A DNA stretch of 63,297 nucleotides, filler included, from Lenisia limosa (taxonomy: Eukaryota > Protista > Breviatea): NCBI GenBank assembly GCA_001655205.1. It is 13 parts of 13 records of this genome, joined end to end, with 100 filler letters (N's around TTAATTAATTAA, not from the genome) between each part and the next. Parts side by side here need not be neighbours in the genome. Positions count along the whole stretch, not along the records: positions 46,813 to 50,499 come from LPNZ01004365.1; positions 50,600 to 55,013 come from LPNZ01001611.1; positions 55,114 to 59,522 come from LPNZ01003173.1; positions 59,623 to 61,599 come from LPNZ01004479.1; 9 more parts are not named here. One strand, written 5' to 3'. This document shows positions 47,037 through 60,547 of the stretch, one piece after another (within the stretch, counting starts at the first letter, position 1; the number at the start of each line of letters is the position of its first letter). The position numbers and the translations under genes were made by a program. The notes under the pieces are model-generated. The model ran no database searches, was not told where the DNA came from, and was given only the letters and a program-made list of their open reading frames with translations.

Positions 47037-47688
47037 GTTTTATGTCTTACTTTTAGAAAAAAATCTCATTCTGAGTGTCTACATTTTTCCATTGCTTTTT
47101 ATGAGCTTTGATGTTTGTAATATAAAAACCTTTCTGAAAAATAAAGCTTGTGATATTTGATACACTGAGAGTTACTGCTTTCCCCTTCGCAACAATTTTT
47201 ATTGAATTAGTGTTGACAATACTATGCTATATTATAAAAATACCGCTAATATTCTTGATCTGGAACGGAGTCGTCTTCAGCCTACAGGAAGAGATTGCCG
47301 AAGAAAGGTTAGGATATAATGGAATACTACTTACACATATTAAATGTAATATATATCATATATCATTACTCTGTTAATTTTGAATGTTATTATCAATAGT
47401 CACATATATAGCTATATGATTTAGGCTTCCTATTGGTCTCTAAAATGACTGTATTTTTCGATAAATAGTCGAAAGTTACACTATATTGAGATTATAATAA
47501 TCTACTTATTTCCGGACCATAGGAAAAAACTAATTATAATAAATATTATAGATCCAATTTGACTTTGGGTTTGTCGTTTTTTGTTTTGTTTTGAGTAACA
47601 TGATAAATAGACATTGTCTTAAGTCTTTTACAAAGGTTGAATTTGCCCAAAAGATAGATTAATCATCTGCTGTATTTATGATCCTTAG

Positions 47689-50100
47689 GTTCGAAATTGT
47701 GTCAAATAATGCACTGGAAGCATTTAAAAGTGGGCACGAGAGCTTGTCTGTGTTGCCACCACTGCAACTCGCGTGTTACTCGGTGGTAATGGTCACACCG
47801 AGGTAACAGTGGCTGAAACGGACTCTGGAGTCCCCCAGTTTTCAGGCATGGAGGTTTGGAGTTATATTTTGTCATTCTCATGTTATAATTTCCAACGATT
47901 ACGCTCTATGTTGACCAGGGCAACTACGCTCTGTTATATATGAAGAAGGTTTTTGGGCAATACTCTATTGAATTCTGAACACTTTCCATGCTTTTAGTTT
48001 GGGATAGGCAATGGATCTTCTATTATTATCAATTTTTGGAATGGAAACAGAGAACACATGAGCGCCGCAGGTTTTGTCGGTTTGGTTGATACTGTTGCTG
48101 ACTATTTGGGATTCAAGAGGTGAATCAGAATGAGCAGTAAGTTTTTTGTCATCAGCGAATATTTTTTTTTTCAAATAGGTCACCACCAACCACTTGCCAA
48201 GGCGTTTCTAGGCACTGTTGAAGCATATCCAAGCCTGGTATCCCTCGCAGCTGCTGTAAGTAGTGTATCAATTATTAAAGTATTAGGTTTCTTCTCCAGA
48301 CCCGGATGTTATCACTCCGTTGGTATCCCTTACCAATCCCCTATAGGATATGGTAAGCTACACAGTCATTATTTATTCTTTTAATTAATATTAGGTACTC
48401 CAGAAAGCAGTTGGTCGTACCAGGAACTTATATACCCAAAAAATGATCAATACGAATACAGTAAGAAATTAAGGCAATATATTGTATGCTGATTGACAGT
48501 TCGCTACTTGGAGAAGTCAGCTCTGCTACTGCTACAGTGCCATGTTTGTGCTGCGTGTTCTTCTTCTTGAGAGCATCATCCAGGGTAAGTAGATGCAAAC
48601 TATGCTGTCATACTGAGTCGCATTGCATGATGGCCACGTTGGAAATGAAATTAATCTATTTTTGCCTAGTTACTGGTCCAATTCTCTCCGCTATTGCCTG
48701 GGAAAAGCAAGACTGGTCTGCCCTCCATCGGGAATATCATTTTAGCAACTTACGACCACTGCCGGGATTTGGCTTCTCTTTTGTTTTTCGAAGAAAGTGG
48801 AAAGAGGAATTCAAATGAAAGTTTGAAAGGAATTGCCCAGTTTTAATATTCACAGAGGTGGTTCACAACGAAAATCCGACTCCGAACTGGTTATGAAATG
48901 TGCAATCAGACAGTCTACCGAAATAGCCGAAGTGCTTTCACCAAGAAGACGAACACTTTGCCCTGAAGGCCGCATCTGTTTCCAGCAGTAAGAAGAAAAT
49001 GGATAACGTTGGCCTTGTCACTATGGATGGCGCTAGAATTCACGTTTCAACTGAGGTACGGTATTCTTTTATTTCCATTTTCATCAATTATTATATGCTG
49101 TCGCACATAAATTGTGACGGTTATAATTAATTGTGACGGTTATGAAATAGGCCTGTTTTCGTGGTTACTAGGCCATAAATTGGCTTAATATGTATGAATT
49201 TTATCCTAATAAACAGCAAATTACACATTGAAGCCATTTTCAAAAGTTATTTTTTAAAAAAATTCACGGATTTTTGAACTGAACTGAACTCAACTCTATT
49301 TGTCTATTTAAGTAGCTTCCCTTTTGCTTAGACTTCCTCTTTGTACCCCAAAAGTCTTGGAAGGTCTGGCCCAGTGGCTATACGCACGACTTGAACGGCA
49401 GAAAGNNNNNNNNNNNNNNNNNNNNNNNNNNNNNNNNNNNNNNNNNNNNNNNNNNNNNNNNNNNNNNNNNNNNNNNNNNNNNNNNNNNNNNNNNNNNNNN
49501 NNNNNNNNNNNNNNNNNNNNTGAGAGGTATGTTTCTGTGGTGGAAGCTTCTGTAAAATCCGGGGAAACAAATGGTCTCTTTGATTTAATTGATTTGAAAA
49601 AAAGGAAGAAAAGGGATTCTAAAAGAAACAAGTTGTGGATGTTGCAAAAGGATTGAAAAAGGTATGAAACTTGCTCTTTGTGATATTTTACTCTTTAGCA
49701 TGGTATGAAAACTCATGTTTCCTCCCTATTGGTAGACAATTGAAGGAAAGTGAAGAAGATGGAAGAAGAAGTGCGACCATTGTAAGACAACAGCTGAAGG
49801 ATCTTGTTGAATCTTCAAATTTAGTCAAATGGCTACCCAGATATGCTTCATTTTTGATATTCACCCAATTTTTAGCCTGAGAATTGTATTCCTTGTGCAA
49901 GAACTTGGAATTCTGGAAATAGACTGATGCGATCAATACTATTTCACGTGGAACAGATGAAAACAGCGGACATCACAAAGAAAAACAAGGAAGCAGTTCG
50001 TCGTTATGTGGTTGAAATGAAAAAAGAGGCCATTATTTTGAGAATCCTAAATATCTACCGAAATTTGGCCGATAATCAGCTTGAGCTTGGTAAGTAAAAG
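47689..50100 (+). CDS. Multi-exon gene with a probable BTB/POZ-like segment
   Basis: DNVGLVTMDGARIHVSTE (~49000-49055) and LRLPLCTPKVLEGLAQWLY (~49325-49385) resemble the start and end of a BTB fold; many further exons, phases only partly resolved. Confidence 0.45.
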
Positions 50101-50989
50101 TGTCTCTCACTATTTCCAGCAAAATCAGCATTTGATACCTCAATTGACTCGCTTTATACTACTTTCATCACCACTGCCAATCGGGAGCTTAGAATTAAGC
50201 CATCTTTTGAGACTGCTTTAAAAGAGGTTAGATCTATTTTTTTGCTATAATAATCATCATATTTTCAGCTTTTAAACAAACCTTTGAATGCAGTTCAGGC
50301 AAATAAACTTATCAAACAATCTGTCGACCATTTATCCGAGTCAGTTCCTGATTTCGTCATTGATAACAATGTTCGACAAAATTGCATTTATGTCTGGTAA
50401 ATGGGAAGGTGTCAGGAATAAACCCCTAGTGTCAGAAGTGTCAAGTTGTCGGTTCCCCCATTATCATCGGAGGAGATTACTGCCTCTCAAAGGCTGAAAN
50501 NNNNNNNNNNNNNNNNNNNNNNNNNNNNNNNNNNNNNNNNNNNTTAATTAATTAANNNNNNNNNNNNNNNNNNNNNNNNNNNNNNNNNNNNNNNNNNNNG
50601 TTGCTCTCAATCTCAACCAGCTGTATTGATTAAATCGGACCTAAAGAGTCTGATACTGAGTTCCGGTCATAGTCACTTCAAAATACAAAACAAATCTCTC
50701 GGATAAAATAATTACAAGCAGTCGACAAAGCTCAAAAATCATATATCTGTTATAATTCGAGAAGACCCTCGCAAAAGCAGTCTGATACAGATGTCCAAGA
50801 AAAAGATGGAGTTCCAACTAATAATTTACGTTTTTAACAAAGCATCAATCAGAACTAGGGGACAAATATATAACCCTAGATCAGATACTCTCTGCATGCC
50901 TCCCTCCCAACCTCAAATTCCTTGTCCTCCGCCTCAACAGGGACGGGGGTGGAAACCTTCTCGCTACTCATCCTAAAGCTGATTAAACA

Positions 50990-51554
50990 ATTATATCACA
51001 AAATATATTCTTAAATGTTGCTAAAGGTAGCTACATACGGTTGACTGAAGGCGAACTTGCAAGCAAGTGATCGATATGCCAAAAACAATGTGGCCTCAAG
51101 GGTGAAGTGAGGAGAGTGCAAGTAAGATGAGTTGAGGAAGGCAGCGTATTATGTGTCTAATGAACATAGATTAGAGCCTAATGGAAGCAACAGAAGGGTG
51201 ATGAACAAAATTTGGAATCAGTACAGTCAGCTAGTGAATGATATAGGTGCCTATTGAGAGCAGGAAAAACTCTAAAAGATAGATACTCAGAAACAAAACA
51301 GATATAGAGGTTAAGATAGGCCGACTAAGCGGATAAATCCGCATAAACAGCATCCTATATCGGACAAATTTTGGTTCTTGGATTGCCAAAAAACATACTC
51401 TGGAATTGAGAAAATCGGCGCTATCAGTAAATGAAATGACTCTATCCGCTTCTTCTTCTTGAAATAAGTTTTGTCTCTTTTTGCTTATGTTCTTAGAGGA
51501 AATGAGAGCGAAATATTTCGGTTTTTTTATTTTTGGTTTTCCTATTTCCAACAC
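50990..51554 (-). CDS. Possible membrane-protein exons
   Basis: ORF 51231-51554 ends in a hydrophobic stretch PILTSISVLFLSIYLLEFFLLSIG; further hydrophobic exon-like blocks downstream; model unresolved. Confidence 0.25.
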
Positions 51555-52506
51555 GGTCGCGTAACTATCGGAAGGCCTATCTCCGAGACAACAACCCGTT
51601 TAGCGGTGAATTTAGACGCTCCCTCATCCTCTTCCCCTCCCCTCCTCCTCCCCTTCACCACCCCAGCAGACAGGAAATAAGGGACTAAAGATATCATAAC
51701 ACAAAGCTGCTTGATATTAGGAATGCGACAAATCTGACCACTAACCTTCTCTACCCATCAGGAATCAAGCATCATCACGCATCCTCCTTAGTGTCTGAAG
51801 ACTTATTTTTGCATCACATTGTACGAGGATAGTTTCAGCAGGTCAGGAAGGACATCCCTCATCCACACCTGATGATCGGTTATTTCCCTTTCCTTTCTTC
51901 CATCATTGGCCTACTTACTCTCCATAAACGATTTGCCGTAGCAAGTTTTGCAATAATGTATCAAACCCCTTGTCATACTTTTTAAGGGATAGATATGGGA
52001 TAGCTGTAGTGAAAACCAGCAGTTTTAAGCAGCTTTGTTATTTGGCCCTTGGCCCTATTCTTTTATGTGGCGGGTCTGATGATGTTGGCTCTGTACGAAT
52101 ACGTTCGCTTAATACCGGTTGTACAGTTGGTTTTAGCTTAATTGTTTTGATTTCATTTCCTCCTTATCTTTCAAGGTCAAAGATGCTCTTCCCTCATATT
52201 ACGAAACTATTGAAGGTTGGAATTGGGCTTTTTTTTTGTAATATTCTATCAATGCATTGACTTTGGAACCAGCTCTTGTCTGGTCGAACATTAATGTTGA
52301 TAAAAATAGGACAACAGCATACATCCATATAAAATGATAAAACAATTGTTCCTTTTACCTTCTTCTTCCCAAGATTACAGCTGGGTTGAATTTCTCAAAG
52401 AATATTTTATATGTAGGCGTGAAGTAAATATTTTGTTGAAATTGGTAAAGGCCATCTTTGCAAGACCCGTCTTTGGTACTGAAAATCCCCATTTATTGTC
52501 ATTTAG

Positions 52507-55013
52507 AAAGGCCGCAAGCAAGCATTGAGCCAGTCTGATCTTGACCCCCTGCCCGACGAATGGTTATCAAAGAGGCTTCTGGTGGGTTATATCCGGTACC
52601 ACCCTTCGATTACAATATATCCACGCTCTCAACATGTCTTGGAGTGTAGTTTGTTATGATTTTTTAGGGCAATTTTCAGCAAAGAAGCACAAAATTTGGT
52701 AACAATCCAACGTGAGTGTTTGGAAATACTACAATATTACAACACAAAATAGAGAATTAAAACAATGAATAAAGCTAACATAACAACATGATTTTGTTTA
52801 AGGTATAATATTGGGTGAATTATTAGTACTGTATCATAGCTCTTATAAAATTGAGTAAAAATCAAGGTAGCGATGTGTTACTAATTTGTTATTTCTCATA
52901 TCTTCCTTTTAGATGGTGGACTCTCTACAAGACTCTCATAAATTCCTCGAAGACCTTCTATATCTTGGTTGGCTGATGATTGCGGAGGGGGGGGTGCTTG
53001 TCTTCCTGACCCCATACATCCCGTGCCTAAGTGGCTCTGAACTCTTGATAAAACCATTTTTCAGTTCTAAAAATCCCTTTGAAAACAATATTATATTATG
53101 GCCCAATAAAAACCCGAGATAAGACTTGATAAGACAACTAAAGAGTGTCAAAATAGAGAGCCAATCATGACATGATGATGAACGGTTGTTGAATTGAGTC
53201 AAGCAGCAATATATAGCATGTTGTCATTTAAATGAGGAATCTAACCCCGCAGACGATGGCATTCTTTTTCGTGGCGTCTTTCATCATCTTCCTCAACCCC
53301 GTCCTTGTCTCCAAGATGGCCGATTACTTCCAAGGAACCTCCGATGTAGGGTTCTTTTGGATTAGAAAGCTGCTCGGGGGGAGGGTCATGATGTATGATG
53401 AGGGTGGAAGGGGGGACATAGTGATGGTGAAGTGAAGTCTCTGAGGGTTATTATAGTGGTGGTGAAGTCTCTGAGGGTTACTATAGTGGTGGTGAAGTAA
53501 CTTATTCAATTGGGGTGACGTATGCCATCTGAAATTAAAACAAGATGACCACTTAAGGACACTTCTTTCTCATACGGCCTGTTGCTGTCCTTTGGGCTTT
53601 TCATGGTGTCACTGATCGCCTTCCAATCCCGAGTGTTTGGCCAAGTCTTTTTAGATCAGTGGATCATTAAAGTAGGCTCTGTTTCAAAACACTTCCATTT
53701 CCAAAAACTGAACTCCTATTTTTTCCCCCGTAAGTTTTTTTGTTTCTCAAATAGCATGTGACACTGTATCGCACATATTTGTCATATCTACCTTGGTATC
53801 AAGGTAATCATTAACTCAACCTCTAGAGTCAAAGTGTGCTGATGCAGCTGATTGTGGCTAAAACGCTTGAGTTGGATCACTCCGGTCGCGCACAGGTCAA
53901 ATGTCTGCTGGTTGTAAGATCTTCATGATCCATTTACTGCAAAAATGTTGTAGTCACTCTCAACTCCCCCACCCATGGCTTCGAATATGCAACGGGGTCT
54001 TATGGGGGTTCAGAGTGGTTGTATTTTACAGAAGCATACACTATGTTTTCTCCGCTCCAAAAAAGAACAGTATAATATCGATAGTTTTCGAGAATCAGTC
54101 ATTTAGGACCAAAGTGAAACCTTGAATATTGTTTTACCCTGTCAGTCTCTGAATAGACAATAAATAGGATTGTCCCCGGATGACAGCAAATGCCAAAATC
54201 AGAATTTATTTTCGTAATGTTATTTTTAAATTCTGATTACTCCGTCTGTGACAGTTGTAGTGGGCACACTTCTGACGATAATCGGCCAGGACTTGGATCT
54301 GGTTTGTGGGTTAATTTTACCACCAATGTATTGCTCATCACTACATATTACCTGGGTAGGCACGCAGAAAGTTGTGTGCACAGAGTTGTAAATGATGGGA
54401 TGAATTAGAATTATTAAAATTAATTGTCTCCTATAAACGTGACGGTCGGCCAGGTACCACCTAGTTTTATTACTATTTTTTATCAGCAAAAATCACCTGA
54501 AGCTTGTGTATTTTTTCTGAAGGTCTCAATTGGCAGAGCTTCAGTTAATGACTTTTAAACAAACAAAAACAGGGATTGGGTTTATGTTTGTGTAAGATTT
54601 CTTGATAAGAAATATCCACGACAAATATATTTCCTCAATCAAATCCTCGATCAATATGACGCACGTTTTTTTGGGAAACAATATGTTGCAGCTTTTACCG
54701 TTCAGCTTGCTCAATGTGGTTCTTTCCCCGATCTGATCTACTCGCCTTTGATGTTCATTGGTGCGCTTGGGAAGTATCAACAATTTTTCTTGGTTTCTGC
54801 ATTTCTTCTAATAATATTTGGGGATGTATCCTTGATTCAACCAGAACATTCTTGGATAACATATTTATGAATAATCCGAGCAATAATATCTTGACATGCT
54901 TTATTGTCCCCTTCCTCCAGTGGCCACGGTTTGGCTCTACACGATTCTGGGGTGGCCAGGCCTTGTAGGTGCTTTCGTCAATCTCCTCATTCTGCTGGTG
55001 ATGATGCCGATTA
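52507..55013 (+). CDS. ABCC (MRP-like) transporter, TMD1 fragment
   Basis: In order: KGRKQALSQSDLDPLP; FIIFLNPVLVSKMADYF; YGLLLSFGLFMVSLI; SVLMQLIVAKTLELDHSGR; VGTLLTIIGQDL; FPDLIYSPLMFIGAL; VWLYTILGWPGLVGAFVNLLILLVMMPI. This follows the ABCC lasso-TM1-TM4 pattern; cut by the scaffold end. Confidence 0.8.
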
Positions 55014-55114
55014 NNNNNNNNNNNNNNNNNNNNNNNNNNNNNNNNNNNNNNNNNNNNTTAATTAATTAANNNNNNNNNNNNNNNNNNNNNNNNNNNNNNN
55101 NNNNNNNNNNNNNT

Positions 55115-57025
55115 CTTAAAGATCCTCTTTACTGCGAAACAAACAAACATAAAAAGCCCAACCACCAACCCCATGAAAAAGCCGCCCCTGCCACGGCCAC
55201 GACCTCGGTGCATGAAAGACTTCCAGAAACTTCGATTGTCTGTAGCTGAGCAGCACTCCTGTTCACAACACTGTTGACGTTTGTGCTGGGGGGGGGGCAA
55301 TTAAAGCTATTTATACGGTAATATTTAACAAGGAAGATCAATTAAAATGTATACGGGGGTGCGGGGTTAAAGCTGTTTATATCAGATATCAACTAAAAAA
55401 ATATCATATTATGGGCGGGGGGGAATAAAATTGAAAAATTTATGAAACAAAAAAAAAGCCCAAAATCAACTCTGTTGGCTCGAAACACAGTGTAAGTTCA
55501 TAAGGGTACTTACTTAAGTATAAGGATATTATATATGCAGAATAATGAAAGCTATGACTACCGATAAATATCAATATTTCTCCCTTTGTTTCCAGATACG
55601 TCCTGCCTACCACTCTCTTGGCCGCCCTGAAGTACTGTTTTTGACTCCTTGATGGGAGCTAAAGAATGAGCAATTTGGTTGCCCTTGCTTTGTTGGCACC
55701 TGGTTATTTCCTGTTGTATTTTTAATCATACATGTACCTCATTTAATGAACTATACTGTAAGAAAACAACAGATCTAACAAATGGCACACAGGGAAATCA
55801 CATAGTGGTAAATATATCATATGTATGAATCCCCATTCCCCTCGTCATGAAGCCCAAATATATCATATGTATGAATCCCCATTCCCCTCGTCATGAAGCC
55901 CAAAAAGGCATTATCGAGGAAGGGTTTACAAAGTTCATAGACCAGCAAATGGAAAAGAGAAAAAAGAACCAAAAGACATATCCGCCCACCTTCTTCCAAA
56001 GAGCTTCGTAGTTTTCGGCTTCATGTGGCGACTCTGAGGGGTTAATACCCAGGTGTGCTGAATTCTCTAACACCACCATTTCATCTAAACTTCACCCATC
56101 CCCCCTTCCACCTTGCCATATTTTAGGACTGTCCCAAAAATGCTGAATTTCTCGATAAATCCAAGATAAATATCATATTTTCACGGTCTTTTTCGGACTG
56201 CAGCGAACTCATACCCCCCCNNNNNNNNNNNNNNNNNNNNNNNNNNNNNNNNNNNNNNNNNNNNNNNNNNNNNNNNNNNNNNNNNNNNNNNNNNNNNNNN
56301 NNNNNNNNNNNNNNNNNNNNNNNNNNNNNNCACGTCATCGTCATGAGGCTCAGAGCCACAGTCGCAGTTTTCATTTGTGCAGTCACAAGAGCGCGATGGC
56401 TCTGACATTCTCCTAAGAAAACCATGAGTTGCTTTGAGAGCCCATTTTTCCCAAACCAGTTTTTCCTTGTCATGTGGGTGGCGGTGATAACCCCTCAAAG
56501 ATATATAAGTGTTATGTTTATGCACAAAGAGAAGAAAATCAGATAACATTATTTGCAACTACCACCGTTTTCAAATACCCCAATTACCAGCCGGTTGCGA
56601 AATCACCCAAACCCAAACCAGACAGAAACAAAAAAAAACAGAACCGAAACAATCAAACCAATGAGGGTATACAGTGATCGTGGTGGTAAGTATTGGCCAA
56701 TAGAAGCAGAAATCATAGATAGTGACTGTGATAAGACTTTTTGAACCTAGAGGCCCAGCATATTCGAATATGCCGCAAAATGAGAAAAGAATTGAGTATA
56801 TTCATTTGTCTATAATAATCACATTCAACAGTAGAAAAATGGGTGCATCATTGTTCAAAAGAAAAACCTTATGCCTTGGATAATAACATAATCAATGAAG
56901 AGTAATACTTTATAAAATGAACACTCAGGCCAAGGCAAAGGTCCCCGTGAACACCAAATAAGATACACTCCTCCCATCAGCATTTGAAGAAACATTGTAA
57001 CAATAAAAGCAAAAGAACTCACCTG
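55115..57025 (-). CDS. Multi-exon gene fragment, unknown (Cys-rich and RG-rich segments)
   Basis: Exon-like blocks EKLVWEKWALKATHGFLRRMSEPSRSCDCTNENCDCG, MVVLENSAHLGINP...YEALWKK, CQQSKGNQIAHSLAPIKESK, HKRQQCCEQECC...RGRGRGRGGFF; no family recognised. Confidence 0.4.
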
Positions 57026-57374
57026 TTCAAAGGATCGCTTAGACTTGAATTGGGGGGGGGGNNNNNNNNNNNNNNNNNNNNNNNNNNNNNNNNNNNNNNN
57101 NNNNNNNNNNNNNNNNNNNNNNNNNNNNNNNNNNNNNNNNNNNNNNNNNNNNNNTATCTTTAATTTGCAATAAGCTGTTGTTTTGACCATGAAAGGTGCG
57201 CAATAAAATCAAACTGCATTTTTGACAAAAAAACAATGCTCGATAATAAATATCGTTTTATTTCGAAAATTCCGTTGTTTGTTGTGTGTATTTTCTTCCA
57301 CTCTACTACCTCTCTAACGCTAATAGAAGCCTAATAAAGTTTTATACTGAAACTAAACAAGAAGTTGGGAGACA

Positions 57375-59354
57375 ATGGTTTCCTTCCCTTTTTTCACAGG
57401 GATGATACTCATTGCCCTCTTCATTGCAGCTGCCTTGGGCCACCACCCCAGTCTATATGTGACAACACATGGGTCGTCAAAGTCTCAGGCCAACATTAGC
57501 AGGTTCAGTCTTTCAGGTGCCGAGGAAAAGGTTCGAATCTTTATCAAATTTGTTTGTTGTAGATCTTTGAAACGATTTCATTAAGATTCCATATTTGCTG
57601 TTGCCGTTTAGATTTTGACCCTCACACAAAAAATAATAATAAAAAAAAGCCTCATTTATCTTACTACATACTAAAATACTATTGAAGTCCTTCTTCAAGT
57701 GTTTTTTTTTCGAATGAAGAATACTGTCAAAATTTGAAGTGAAACGTTTGAAACAGAACTCCATTTCATCATTCATTGACTGATCTTTAGCCCGCACTGC
57801 ACAATGAACCTGGTGTCTCCCTTCGACTTTTGAGGTGGGTGGTAGATCACATTTTAGAAAGGAAATACCTTGAGTATAATCCAAGGATGCAGGGATATGA
57901 TGTTGCTTCGTTTCTTACACGAATATAATATCCTATCATATTGTTGGGTGCATCCTATCATATTTGATAGAGGAGTATTATCTTCAGAGTTGTACGTGAT
58001 TGTCCTAACGTTCCTTTAGAACCATGACATCGACCCCTGATGGGCAACTTCTGGTTGCTAACGCCTGGAAAGAAGACAGCAAATTGGTTGTTTTGTCAGA
58101 GTGCAAAAATGGTTGCAGGGATGGGGCTAGAAACGTTTCATCAATATCGATACATATAATTAATAAGCTTAAATAGTGGAGTTATTGGTGGAATGGTGAT
58201 AATACTATTTTTTTCTCAGTTTCATTTGACCCTCCAGGCACGCATTACCGGGATTTTGTCCGAACCCTGACAGAGGCGTCCGACTACCTTGCACACCCCT
58301 ACGGTGTGGCATTCAATGACTCCGTGTTGTATGTTTCTAACCAGGTGGGAGGGGCTGCATGCTTCTAACCAGGTGGGAGGGGCTGCATGCTTCTAACCAG
58401 GTGGGAGGGGCTGCATGGTCTGGCAAAGACTGTGGAAACTTCGATATTTATCGAGGATTGATAGAGGATGTCACTCGTTTTTGGGGCGAAGGGAAGCCCT
58501 GGTTTTGTAACTTGTTGACATTAGGGCGACACTTTGATCCTGGACGAATGAATTCTTGACACATCGTAAGATTTAATTTGGTTTCAATCTCAACAATATC
58601 GATATTTATCGAGAATTCACTCTTTTGGAAGTGAGGCCCTATTAAAAGTTCTATCTGTTGTGTCGAATATTATCATATCATATCATATTACCAAAACATA
58701 AGTTACAAGGGCCATTTTGAAATGGGTCCCTTGTAGACCTTACAATCTCACAATAACCACTATTTTAACGTAAAAGGATTGGCACGACGTAAAAGGCGTC
58801 TACGCCATCAGCAGGTTTGAGTATCCTTCAGGTTGGTTGCGCAGGTATTTTGAGGGCTGTTTAGTGTGGAATATGTAGTGTGTACCGTAGTAATCAAGTC
58901 AGACATTATCATACTGTATCTCTTAGCAGTAAACTCGTTTCAACCCGGCTTTTTAGTTGCTATGTCTGAAAGTTGCATCAAGCGTGTCTGATGTCTTCCT
59001 AACTGATAAGGAAAGCCCATGCCAGCAATCAAAAGCAATCACGGACCCTCTTTCTTCACAAACGCCGTTAGTAGCCCAAGGGGTATCGCCATTGCCTCGG
59101 ATGGTGGGTTCAGATCGAAAGATCGTGGGCTTCAGGGATATGATGATGAGAATCTTGCCGTAATATAATCTCATTTGACCTGCATCACTGGACTTACGGG
59201 CCACATGTTGAAAAACTCCAAAAATACGAAAAACTGAAGTATCCGTTTTACTCATTTCTTCCAGGTTTACTCTACACTGGTTCGAGTGGGCATAATGACT
59301 CTGTCAAAGCCTTTGACGCTCTCGGTAACCTTGTCAAGACAATTCCATCCTATG
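57375..59354 (+). CDS. Secreted NHL-repeat / beta-propeller protein, 5' portion
   Basis: Signal-like MILIALFIAAALG; MTSTPDGQLLVANAW; YLAHPYGVAFNDSVLYVSNQ (ends 58344); SSPRGIAIASD|GLLYTGSSG; truncated by the scaffold end. Confidence 0.7.
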
Positions 59355-59768
59355 GTTGGGGGCAAGTTTAAAATTACGTTCTGTTTCTGGGGTGAAAGTT
59401 GTTACAGAAGTCTAAGTAATGATGTTGTTGTATCATAGGTATTAGTATTCCTAAATTTCCAGGAGTTACTGGGGTGACATTCTCCCACGCTAATGGGGGA
59501 ATTCTTTTGTTCTCAAGTAAAGNNNNNNNNNNNNNNNNNNNNNNNNNNNNNNNNNNNNNNNNNNNNTTAATTAATTAANNNNNNNNNNNNNNNNNNNNNN
59601 NNNNNNNNNNNNNNNNNNNNNNTCGACCGCACGGATGCCGAACCGTCAGTCGAAGATGCTGAACTCTTCGCCTCGGCCCAGGTCGATTCGAGACTTACGG
59701 GAGAATCCCGTTGGGGGGTATATTATACTATTAATGTATTATATGATATGTGCTAGTAATATATTATA

Positions 59769-59843
59769 CAGTGACCGGGATAGTCCTGACCTATTTTCCT
59801 TGAAATCTCACAACAAATTAGCCAAGACTTATCCCAGTCAGTG
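59769..59843. mobile_element. Family B MITE, 75 bp
   Basis: TA|cagtgaccgggatagtcctgacc...gccaagacttatcccagtcagtg|TA. Confidence 0.75.
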
Positions 59844-60041
59844 TATATATCGATAATCAAGGTGTACAAGCATATATGATATAATATATTTAGTATAGGG
59901 GTCTTGTGTGTTTGGGGGAAGTATTTGCCGGTATTATTGTACCTCTATATTTTGTTTTAAATAGTTTTCAGTTGTAATATTTGGGCTTTGTGGGGGGAAA
60001 GATGAAATGATGTTAGCAAAGCAACTTTTTGACTGTTGCAG

Positions 60042-60125
60042 AAAAGGTGGAAGTCGGCAAATGCCCACTTTGCTTCAAGAAAATGCCCCTAGAAGAGCTT
60101 GTTGTCCATTCTGAGACCTGCGAAG
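60042..60125 (+). CDS. 84-nt exon encoding a UBZ4 (Rad18-type C2HC) zinc finger
   Basis: ttgcag|...KVEVGKCPLCFKKMPLEELVVHSETCE|gtttgg; C-x2-C-x11-H-x3-C spacing; phase 1-1. Confidence 0.65.
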
Positions 60126-60145
60126 GTTTGGGAGGGTGGGGTAAT

Positions 60146-60244
60146 TAGGGCTTCACTCCGGTTCGAAAAAGACTGATAAAATAGCGGTATTTATCGAAGA
60201 TTTATCGAGAAATTCAGTCTTTTTTGAACCGAAATGAAGCCCTT
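60146..60244. mobile_element. Family A MITE, 99 bp
   Basis: tagggcttcactccggttcgaaaaagact / agtcttttttgaaccgaaatgaagccctt; flanks ggggtaat / ggtataat (6/8). Confidence 0.85.
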
Positions 60245-60305
60245 GGTATAATCAAGATGATATGAGTGTGTATTATATGATTGTGTGGGTGTGGGTGTGT
60301 ATAAT

Positions 60306-60366
60306 TAGGGCTTCCCTATGGTCCCAAAAAAGTCCAAATCTCTTTTCGGACCGTAGGGAAGGCCTA
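60306..60366. mobile_element. Family A MITE, minimal 61-bp form
   Basis: tagggcttccctatggtcccaaaa / ttttcggaccgtagggaaggccta; almost pure TIR. Confidence 0.8.
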
Positions 60367-60547
60367 GATTATTTTTCTTCCTCTTCCGTTCCATACCCAG
60401 TACCCCTCATACTTACGCAATAGTACCTGGCCTNNNNNNNNNNNNNNNNNNNNNNNNNNNNNNNNNNNNNNNNNNNNNNNCAGTCAGCAGAGTTGATTTG
60501 GGCTTTTTTTTTTGTTTCATAAATTTTCCAATCCCCCCCCTCCATAG

